The notes beneath the pieces were generated by a model that saw only the letters and a program-made list of their open reading frames with translations, was not told the origin of the DNA and searched no databases. Shown piece after piece: positions 53,812 through 64,000 of a stretch of DNA of 64,000 bases (the stretch's first letter is position 1; each line of letters begins with the position of its first letter). The position numbers and the translations under genes were made by a program. Origin of the DNA: Octopus vulgaris. Lineage: Eukaryota. The stretch is from positions 77,438,001 to 77,502,000 of the forward strand of contig OX597821.1 of the NCBI GenBank assembly GCA_951406725.2, read 5' to 3'.

Positions 53812-54388
53812 CAGCGTTTCTCAACCGGGGTTCCCTGGAATCCTAGGATTCCGCAAAAGGTTCCTATGGGTTCTGTGAGAAAGAGTGAGATAAGCTAATA
53901 TCAATTTCCAGGTCCTAATATTTCTGTACATGTACAACATATTATTGGTTATTGAGTGGAGGCGCAATGGCCCAGTGGTTAGGGCAGCCGACTCGCGGCT
54001 TCGATCTCCATACCGGGTGTTTTGAGTGTTTATTGAGCGAAAACACCTAAAGCTCCACGATGCTCCGGCAGGCGGTGGTGGCGAACCCTGCTGCCTTCTT
54101 TCACCACAACTTTCTTTCATTCTTTCTCCCTGTTTCTGTTGTGCCTGTATTTCAAAGGGTCAGCCTTGTCACACAGTGTATCACGCTGAACCTCCGTTAA
54201 GGGTACACGTGTCTGTGTAGTGCTCAGCCACTTGCACGTTAATTTCACGAGCAGGCTGTCCCGTTGATCGGATCAACTGGAACCCTCGTCGTCGTAACCT
54301 ACGGAGTGCCACTAATTGGTTATTGTAATATTGTAATATAGACATCATCCTATCTAACCTATTATATCATTAAAAAAACATAACAATC

Positions 54389-54464
<76 letters not shown>

Positions 54465-54531
54465 AGGGGTTCCTTGATACATGTAATTTATTCTAAGGGT
54501 TACACAAGGGTAAAAAGGTTGAGAAACACTG
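53812..54531. mobile_element. hAT-Charlie-like MITE with nested SINE
   Basis: cagcgtttctcaacc ... ggttgagaaacactg TIRs; 8-bp nTCTAGAn sites gtctagag / atctagaa. Confidence 0.85.
53957..54312 (+). mobile_element. SINE family B, full length, TSD attggttattg
   Basis: tRNA-like head; TSD at 53944-53954 and 54315-54325. Confidence 0.88.
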
Positions 54532-54771
54532 ATCTAGAAACATCATAACAAGAGGCTTCCTTTTGCAAATCCCAGTTCGTCTAGCCGTAAAAAGATGCCA
54601 TGGAGAAGGTACCAAAAAAGAATCATCACTGAAATAACTGGAACATCACATAGATTTGAAATCCTGAATTCAACGACTTATTCTACGTAAGCTACTCAAA
54701 GATTACGTCTTTGATGATGCCTCGGTAATTCAACTTGTCATGACAGTGCCAGTCATAGAAATCTGATTAAA

Positions 54772-55096
54772 AAGAGGGAGAGAGAGAGAGGAGAGGGAGG
54801 GTGAGAGAGATAAGAGGAAAGGAGGGAGAGAGAGGAGAGGGGGAGAGAAAGGAGAGGGAGAGAGAGGGGAGAAGAGAGGATAGGGAGAGAGAGAGGGAGA
54901 GGAGAGGAAGAGAGAGGAGAGGAAGAGAGAGGGGAGAGGAGAGGAAGAGAGAGGGGAGAGGGAGGGAGGGAGAGGAGAGGAAGAGAGAGGGGGTGGGGGG
55001 AGAGGAGAGGGAGAGGGAGAGGAGAGAGAGAGGGAGAGAGAATGGAGAGGGAAAGATAGGGGAGAGGGAGAGAGAGAAGAGAAGGGAGAGAGAGAT

Positions 55097-55127
<31 letters not shown>

Positions 55128-55128
55128 A
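54772..55128. repeat. Polypurine (GA-rich) tract
   Basis: Direct inspection. Confidence 0.9.
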
Positions 55129-55711
55129 AACTGCATTGTGGAATATGAAAAGAAACTCGAAGTACATTCTATTTTATTTGATGGGTGAGATTACTTTTTG
55201 TCTTGTCATTTTTGTCTTTTTCTTGAACCCTAGGGCTCATCTAGACGGTTACCCATTTTCCATAGCATACAAGGGCCAAAATTACATTCCCTTGAACGGG
55301 ACACCGGTCCGCTGCAGGGTTCGAGGCTAGCAACTTTGTGAGGAGGGGGACAACTCGTTTACATCGACCCCAGTACTTGACCTCGCAGGGATAAGAGGCA
55401 AACGTAAAGAGCCGGAAGAAATGCTGCAAAGCATTTTGTCCGACATGCTAACGATACTGACAGCTTGCCACCATATTTTGGCTACACACTGCTAAATTCA
55501 GAACCTGGAATCAAAATAATTGATTAGGTTATGATACTCATCATCGACCGCAATTAGGACGTGATGAGGGCTTATTTTTATTATTTTAATATTTTTACGA
55601 AACATTTTAACCAAGAGATACAACTTTACAATTTGTAGCAATAAAATACGCAAAAATATTTTTATGGGAAGAAAAAGAAATCCCCAGAGAAGTCAAATTG
55701 CACTGAATCAC

Positions 55712-55761
<50 letters not shown>

Positions 55762-55772
55762 GCATATATACA

Positions 55773-55814
<42 letters not shown>

Positions 55815-57119
55815 AACATTTTTCTTTCAATTTTCTAACTGGCAAAATTCACTTAGTTTTTGCTTGTTGTTTCTTCCCCCATCATAAAGGCACTTGTATT
55901 CAGTTACTTCCGCCTTTGTTATAGCAGTAATAGTTGGCATTTTTAACATTCTTCTTTCGGTTGATCATTCAGCAAATAATTAAAGCAAACATTGAACGTG
56001 TGGCATCAAAACCTAGTCGTTTGCTTAGTAAAAGTTGGCTGGCGCTGAACTACAAACAATGGTCCTAAAGGAGACAGGTATTGTCAAATACACACGGAAT
56101 GTTTTTACTTCTTTTTTTTTTTTTTTTTTTGTCTTTTCTACTATTTGCAGGGCTCGTTCTTCCCTTAAAGCTGCATCAACTAAACCAAAAGTAAACAGAA
56201 ACGAACAAAAAAACAAAATCAAAATCAAATGTGTGAATCGAATTACTGTTTAAAGCTAATGTTGTTCCAGAAATTCTTCATGCTTATTTTTCGGGAACTT
56301 TTTACAGCTCGTCTCTCCCGCGTTGTCATAGAAGAATATTTCACTTAACCACTCTTCTTGACTTTTCCCAGGTAATATTTACACCTTGATGAATATTGCA
56401 TATATGATAAAAGAACTACAGGTATTCTAAGTCGATAGGATGCCCCACTGACAAACGAGCAATCGATTCTAGAAACGTTTCACTCGGTGCATCCAATTAT
56501 AAAACCATGCGTGTGGATATGTATGTGTGTGCTTGTATGTAAAGTTTGGTGTGGTGAATACTGTGATAAACTCTCAGGTTGTGGTAACGGGGAGAACTGA
56601 TGGTGGAAGTTTTAATGTTTACAACCATGATGCAATTCATAGGTAATCAACCGCATATTTCCTTTCATGTTTGTATGAATGTAAAACTTTGTTTTTGCAG
56701 CTTGAGTAGGTATCCGTGTGAAGAGAGTGCTATTAGTACAGTTCTTTTCTCTGCTAGGCATAGCCTGCACCTCTTACTGCCATTGAAGTAATACTCGCAC
56801 CTCTCTAGCCCTCTTCACCTCATGTAATCCATGGAGCTCTCTATCAACAACCATGCATCCCTAGTCAGGGCTGTACCTGTTCTTAAGTTATCACTCAATT
56901 CTGGCATGAAACTGATTAGTAAACTCGGCTGAAATGAATCTAAAATACTGTGTAGGATAAATATTAATAAAGCCACTCTTCTGACTCGTGGATTTTTAGA
57001 CGACCGTGTATGGTGGATACATACTTCTCTTTTTAATTTAGAGTTAATTTTGGCCGCCCACCTGTTTGTTAGCAAGGTTACGAACGAAGGGCTCTTGTTT
57101 TTTTTTTTACTGTTTTCCT

Positions 57120-57500
57120 TTTTACTATTTACTTATTTCAGTCATTAGGGTGCGACCATACTGGAGCACCGTCTTGAAGAATTTTCAGTCGAACGATTCG
57201 ACCCCACTACTTTTTTTTAAGCCTGGTACTTATTCTGTTGACGTCTTTTCTTGAACCGCTAAAGTTATGGGGACCTAAATACACTAACACCGGTTGTCAA
57301 ACGGTGATTGGGGACAAACACAGACTCAAAAATACAAACACATAGATATATATGTATGTAAGACAAGCTTCTTTCAGTTTTCGTCCACCAAATCTCCTCA
57401 AAAAGCTTTGTCGGCCGAGGCTGTACACAAAACACCTGCCCAAGGTGCCGCGCGGTGGGAATGAACCCGGAACCACGTGATTAGGAAGCAAGCTTCGCCA
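57120..57500 (-). mobile_element. SINE family A copy (diverged)
   Basis: Reverse complement of family A. Confidence 0.75.
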
Positions 57501-57639
57501 TGCAGATATAGTTCCAGATATCGACTTTGAATTAAAGAGTCGCATTCTCTCTCGAAGAACCAAGTTCAGTCGTATTTTGCACCAGGCAGGAACGTGTCCT
57601 TCTCTTCCAATAATAACAGGCATGAAACTGAAAGGTGTC

Positions 57640-58055
57640 TCTTGAATCCATAAATGTCCATCTTACGCCTGTATTGTTTTTCATCACATTGGTCTCCAGA
57701 GGGCCGCTGAGTTCCACAAAAAAAAGTATTTCTTTTCCATTGTTCCACGCAACAATATCTGCCCGATTGTGTTTTAACTCGGTTGTTATTTTAATTTTTA
57801 AGTTCTACGAATATTCTTTTCACCCATCACTCTCAATATACTCAACTGTGTTGGTGATTTCTTCTTTTTTTTGTTCTTTGTTTTTTTCTTATCCTGTTCC
57901 AGATTATTCTGGCCACCGCATCGTGCGTCATGGGAAAATAATATCTAGAAAACATTCTCTCGCAGTTGGCAATAATATTGTTGATGTCTTCTGTTTTAGT
58001 GTTGCACAGCCTATATTTGGCGTCCGTCAATGTATACTGCTTTTTATGCCGTTTA
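57640..58055 (-). pseudogene. Dong/R4-like LINE fragment (zinc knuckle plus RLE)
   Basis: YRLCNTKTEDINNIIANC..HDAVARII and HNRADIV..FVELSGP. Confidence 0.7.
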
Positions 58056-58269
58056 TGTATGTATGTGTGTGTATGTATGTATGTATGTATGTATGTATGT
58101 ATGTATGTATGTATGTATGTATGTGTGTATGCATGTGTACACACACATACGCACATGTGTGTGTGTGTATATATGCATGTATATACCCCTGCATGTCCAC
58201 ACCTCAATGACTGAAACTAGTAAAAGGGATATATATATAATATACAGTACACACACACACGCACACATA

Positions 58270-58330
<61 letters not shown>

Positions 58331-58439
58331 CACCGTGACCGACCAGGCTATCAGATGTTGCTACACATCGCTGGTCACAATGCGCTTCGCATTGTTTTAG
58401 CCTTCAAATGACGCCACCCCGCTGGCTAAGCGAGCAGGC

Positions 58440-58443
<4 letters not shown>
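58331..58443. mobile_element. GC-rich structured ~112-bp insert in (TA)n
   Basis: Hairpin acaatgcg-ctt-cgcattgt and gtgacc..gaccag...ctggtcac pairing; (TA)n on both sides. Confidence 0.5.
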
Positions 58444-58483
<40 letters not shown>

Positions 58484-58501
58484 AAATAAGCAACAGGATA
58501 T

Positions 58502-58555
<54 letters not shown>

Positions 58556-58690
58556 TGTGCGGTGAATAAATTGTCTAAATTACGCAAAAAGGAAAATAAC
58601 ACTGACATCTCATTTTAACAAATATATTTGCCAAAATTACATAAAAATATCTTGAAATACTAAAGAGACACACAGACAGACACACAGATT

Positions 58691-58767
<77 letters not shown>

Positions 58768-58837
58768 GTATACGACGGGCTTCTTAACCATACAACTATG
58801 ACTGTACTCATATACCTATACATATGTACATATGCAG

Positions 58838-58877
<40 letters not shown>

Positions 58878-59727
58878 ATATATCTATTTTTCTATTTTTC
58901 ACAGAAAATCTGAAATGACTCAGTGACTTCCGTGTCACATTTCCTGCGATTTTACAAACAAGGACACTTTAACATAATTTCTTAGTTTCGTGTAAAAGAT
59001 ACATCACGGAACTTCAGTTTAATCCACAAATCTAAACCTGTTTTCATATCATTTGTGTTCTTTTCTTAAAATAGGATTTCGCGCTGTCTGTGGAAATTAT
59101 ATCACACGTGACCGTCGCTCTAGTCTTTGTCTTTTTGGCTTTTATTTCAGTCTTTTGTCTTGGGTTACAGCATATCCAATTCTACAATATTCATCAAATG
59201 TGTTATATGCCCGATATGACTAAACGTGTAATAAAACCTTGGGTTTATATTTAAATATAGTTTATAAATAGAATTAATACGTAAGCCATCTCCTGTTCTG
59301 GTTTCATGGTAGATGTATCGGGAACTCAAGTAACTTCAAATGTCCTTATAATGTGTGAGTTAGTTAATGTTTTTTCCTTGAATTGCAGCTTAAAGAGATA
59401 TGGTGGGGTGTATCTTCTCCTGAACAGAAAGTTCTAAGGGAAATATTGAACTCTGGAAACTAACTGAACAAACGTTATTTCCACTGAACTTTTGTTACTA
59501 ACCCCTATGTGCTCACCCCTATACATTCCTCTACTTTGAGCAATGGTTCTCAACCATTTTTTTTTTTACCTACGAACCCTTTTTATTCCTATTTTACTCG
59601 GGTGAACCTTCATAGTCATTCGATGTCTAAAAACTCCTATCATCTTTTAAGATTAAATATTATTAGGAATTGTACAAAAGATGTTTAAATATTTGGTGCT
59701 TTGTAAAAATTTTATTTTTTATTTATG

Positions 59728-60031
59728 CGCCCTTTTCAAGCCTAGCTAGGCTCATGGGCCCGGTTTCCTGGTTTCTATGGCGTATGTGTTCACCCCAGCT
59801 GGACGGGACGCCAGTCCATCGCAGCGTTACTCAAGAAACAGGAAGAAAGAGTGAGGGAAAGTTGGGGCGAAAGAGTACAACAGGGGTCACCACCACCTGC
59901 TGTCGTAGCCTCGTGGAGCTTTTTTAGGTGTTTTCGCTCAATAAACACACACAACGCCCGGTATGGGAATCGAAAACGCGATCCTCCGACCGCGAGTCCG
60001 CTGCCCTAACCACTGGTCCATTGCGCCTCCA
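59728..60031 (-). mobile_element. SINE family B variant (different 3' part), inside a Charlie-like MITE starting near 59541
   Basis: Family B head at 59915-60031; caatggttctcaacc at 59541. Confidence 0.7.
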
Positions 60032-60928
60032 CTATTGCAGAAACATAATCAGTTTATTGCTCGTAGATTTTATCAACAAAATCTTTATGGACCCCCAAGA
60101 GCCCTATGGATCCCGCATCAATCCTGATCGAGAAGAAAGATGATCAAAGGTATTTTATTCCAGTTATGACCGTCTGTTGTTAATCGTGGGAGACGTGAGA
60201 AAAGACCAGCAGAATCTATATCTATAGAACAGCAGACATCTTCCGAAGACGTTGCTTTATGATCATATTAAGAGTTCCTAAGCATGGTCATAGCATGAAT
60301 GAAGGATTCGGGAAAAGGACCGAACTGAATAACCTTAATATAGTACATTTGATGTGTGTGTTTGTGTATTTTTGATAGTTGTAGTGTCTGATGTATTTAT
60401 TACTTTCTAGTTATTTCATGTCTTGGTTTATTTGTTATAATAAACGTTGTTGATTACGTTTCGTTTTATTTTGTGGATTCATTTGTTACTTCGCCTGTAG
60501 AAGAGAAAATCTAAATACTCTTGTGACATATGTATGTTATATATATATATATATATATATATACATGTCACCATTTTCAGGCCTTTCCAAACCGGTGACG
60601 TGGTTACAAATGACGTTTAACATGAATTTCCGGAGGCTAGTGTCTGCAGATAAAATATGGCCCCGAGGGAACTTCTGTGAGGCTATAGTCCTGAGAGGAA
60701 AATATTAGATAAAGAGCTTCATGCGGAGTTTTGTGGAAAGGATACGGTAGAATTTACAAGAGAAAGGAGAAGAAGCAGGGGCTGAACTGTTGGTTCAGAA
60801 GAGATGAAATAGTTGTTGTACAGAAGAAAAAACAGAAGGATGTTACAAGGAATCGGTGCGATGATAGTTGTAGCGTTTTTGTGGGTGAAAGCCTGCCAAT
60901 ATCCTAACGCTTTTCATGGATAAGACAC

Positions 60929-61160
60929 CTATTTCTTTACTACCCACAAGGGGCTAAACACAGAGGACAAACAAGGACAGACAAACGGGTTAAGTCGATT
61001 ATATCGACCTCAGTGCACAACTGGTACTTATTTAATCGATCCCGAAAGGATGAAAGGCAAAGTCCACCTCGGCTGAATTTGAACTCAGAACGTAAAGACA
61101 GACGAAACACCGCTAAACATTTCGCCCGGCATGCTAACGTTTCTGCCAGCTCACCGCCTT
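60929..61160 (-). mobile_element. SINE family C monomer
   Basis: Reverse complement of 41702-41935. Confidence 0.82.
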
Positions 61161-61191
61161 TTAGCCAGCTCGCCGCTAAAGATACCATTAG

Positions 61192-61495
61192 GCACAGGCG
61201 TGGCTATGTGGCAAGAAGTTTGCTTACCAGTAGATGGGTCCGGGTTCAGCCCCACTGCTTGGAACCTTGGGCAAGTGTCTTCTACTATAGCCTTGGGCCG
61301 ACCAAAGCCTTGTGAGTGGATTTGGCAGATAGAAACTGTATGTATGTGTGTATATATATTTGTGTGTTGGTTTGTATTTCTTCCCCACCACTGCTTGGCA
61401 ACCGGTGTTGGTGTGTTTACGACCCCGTCGCCTAGCGGTTTGGCAAAAAGGGACCGATAGAATAAGTATCAGGCTTAAAAAGTAAGCACTGGGGC
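61192..61495 (+). mobile_element. SINE family A copy
   Basis: Family A head and core. Confidence 0.78.
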
Positions 61496-62226
61496 TGAAT
61501 TCATAAAAGCCCTGAAATGAAGCCTCGAGACTTATCCCAGTTATATGTCTTTATTTTGTTGTTCATGAATCATTTTTTATAAATAACACATAATACTCGT
61601 AGTATATTATATTTGATCTTATGACCAACAAAAGGGGACGCAACCCGATGCCTTATCCACTCGACCACACCGCTTCTGGTAAGGGTTAAGGGTTTACATA
61701 GGACATTAGCAAAGGTTCTGACCAAATACACTTTTGTCAATCCCACCATATTTAACAGGTATAAGAATAAATTTCATATCCAGTACCAAGAGGACAACTG
61801 CCCCCTTCACGTCCCCTGTTGTGACACGGCTAAATCTACAAACATTTTCATTCATGATCACTGCAGTTCGCATAGTCCTGGAAAATCTTAATTTCCTCAG
61901 GAAGTTTTATTTAAACGGGGGCTTCTTGTATACTGAAAAATATAGAGAGCAGGGGTACATCTCTTCACTGTGGGTGGCCAGCTAATCTAAGGTAAAGTGT
62001 GAAAGTTTAGATGTTTGCACACAGAATTTAACATTCAAGTGACGATTATCGCTAAAACTTTTAAACTGGCCTTTTCTCTCTTTAAACAGACACACGTATG
62101 TCGACCGTTCGCACCACATCGCCTTCCCCCTTTTCTCCTTCTACACCCTCTTTTTCCCTTTCTATCTCTCCCTATCAACGCACTTCTATATATTACAAGT
62201 ACATATATACATTCATTCGCTCGCGC

Positions 62227-62269
<43 letters not shown>

Positions 62270-62275
<6 letters not shown>

Positions 62276-62815
62276 ACATATGTCACAAGAGTATTTAGAT
62301 TTTCTCTTCTACAGGCGAAGTAACAAATGAATCCACAAAATAAAACGAAACGTAATCAACAACGTTTATTATAACAAATAAACCAAGGCATGAAATAACT
62401 AGAAAGTAATAAATACATCAGGCACTACAACTATCAAAAATACACAAACACACACATCAAATGTACTATATTAATCAAATCTATTAGAATAAAAACACCT
62501 CATAAAACAGATCACAAAATACTTTACATCAAATCATAAACTAACGTTAATAATATACTATAAAAGTAATAAAATTTAAAAGCTTCTTATCAATAACACA
62601 ACCACAAATCTGTTATCTTGCAAATAAGTTGCTTATGAACAATATAATTTATAAATTTGGTTGCAAACATGAAAGTCACAAAGTTCATGACTCCAATTGT
62701 TACACTGGCCATAAAAGGACTATACTATGTTGGCGCCTCACCATGCATTTACAACAAAGAGAATTTACAAAGTTTTACATCACACAACATCGAAATAATA
62801 TTAGTAAAACAATAC
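62270..62815 (+). mobile_element. Degenerate PLE fragment (GIY-YIG) preceded by an inverted terminal segment
   Basis: NIIYKFGC..CYTGHKRTILCWRLTMHLQQ resembles N.VY.F.C..YIG.T...L.RRLT.H; 62270-62474 is the reverse complement of 60335-60539. Confidence 0.65.
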
Positions 62816-62821
62816 ATATAC

Positions 62822-63170
62822 AGATGTGGCTGTGGAGTTACGAAACGCGCTTTTCAGCCGTGCTTTTGGATCCGTCCCACTGTGTGGCACCTTAGCCAAG
62901 TATCTTCTTCTATGGCATAGCCCCGGGACAACCAATGCTTTGCAAGTAACTTAATAGATAGAAATTGTTTAGAAACCCGTCGTCTATGTGTGTATCTCCG
63001 TGTTTGTATCGGTCTCCCTACAGTCACATGACATCCGGTGTTTGTTTGTTTATGTCCTCTCAACTGAGCGGTTTTGCAAAAGAAAACGATAGAATAAGCA
63101 CCAGACTTTTAAAAAAACAATTAGCAGTGGGATCGGTTTGTTCGACCAAAACCATTCAAAGCGGTTTCCC
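62822..63170 (+). mobile_element. SINE family A copy (old)
   Basis: Diverged family A motifs. Confidence 0.65.
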
Positions 63171-64000
63171 TGCGATTATTATTTCGTGGTCGACTCATGA
63201 TTTCATTGATTACTTTCTTGCAAAACACGCAGTTGAGAGGGATTCATTTTATTTTGTGGGTCCGCTGCTGTCTCCCAGAACCTGGACCCTGTATGACCCA
63301 ACTCTTCTATCAACCTAGGCATCGAACTCTGCCTTTGTACATCAAATGTCATGGTGACAACGACGGTCTATGTCTGTGAGACGTGGGAAAAGACCAGCAG
63401 AATCTATATCTATAGAACAGCAGACATCTTCCGAAGACGTTGCATTATGATCATATTAAGAGTTCCTAAGCATGGTCATAGCACGAATGAAGGATTCGGG
63501 AAAAGGGCCGAACTGAATAATCTATAAAATAAGATTACCGTGAGATAGAAAAAGATTCTCGGTCCTATGTCATGCATGGCTATGAAGACACCAGTGAGTG
63601 ACTCTCTCGAGTGGAAGTCAGAGAAGGGCTGAAACTGATAAGGCAGACCTATTAAGGCGTGATAGAGGACTGTGGAGAAGGATTTGGTAGATATCTACCA
63701 AATGACAGATTTATGACAAAGTTTGTGATTAGACTGTGTGGAGATCTCTCGCCTCTCGGTCCTCCATGGGGAACGGAAGGAACGAAGATTAAGAAAATGT
63801 GTATTTATTGTTTGTTTATGGCAGATGGTTCATACGCTTCTTCCTTTTGATGACGGAAGGGTGTGACCATGGACAGACTAGCGAGTGCTTCTTTCGATTG
63901 GAAGTCAGAGAGAAGCATGTGAGAGGTGGGGGAGAGATGTCAAGCAGTAACGTAACCAGAGGTAGAGAACGAGGGCTGTCCGCTTCTTGCGACACTTTTA

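Noticed and set aside
56600-57075. Degenerate LINE ORF
   Set aside because: No diagnostic motif that I could identify with confidence
60565-61980. Old LINE RT remnants (DISKG-like motif near 61700; C-terminus-like piece at 60565-60925 on the minus strand)
   Set aside because: Too degenerate to call without a profile search

Overview
Eukaryotic, AT-rich, microsatellite-saturated DNA that looks intronic or intergenic. The SINE families and repeat landscape resemble a coleoid cephalopod (Octopus-like); this is inferred from recalled repeat motifs, not from a search. I cannot support any intact host gene, and most ORF-track entries are microsatellite translations. The window is a mosaic of mobile elements: three tRNA-derived SINE families; several Penelope-like elements (PLE, RT plus GIY-YIG), one with an open 5'-truncated ORF nested in a SINE's internal (TA)n; RTE, CR1 and Dong/R4-type LINE fragments; Tc1/mariner, hAT and pogo relics and MITEs, including two fold-back mariners; a Helitron helicase fragment; and a head-to-tail array of non-autonomous Helitrons. 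The most interesting signal is a set of at least five unrelated minimal type I hammerhead ribozyme (HHR) motifs, all folded by eye. Two sit in non-coding carriers: a tRNA-headed (Pol III) SINE-like unit with an HHR and an inverted HHR copy (about 3.5-3.9 kb), and a 470-bp partial-tandem plus inverted retrozyme-like unit (21.3-22.2 kb). Together these suggest a PLE-dependent ribozyme retroelement system. A ~278-bp monomer array with a YY1-type motif heads a non-autonomous LINE-like element at 22.7-24.8 kb.
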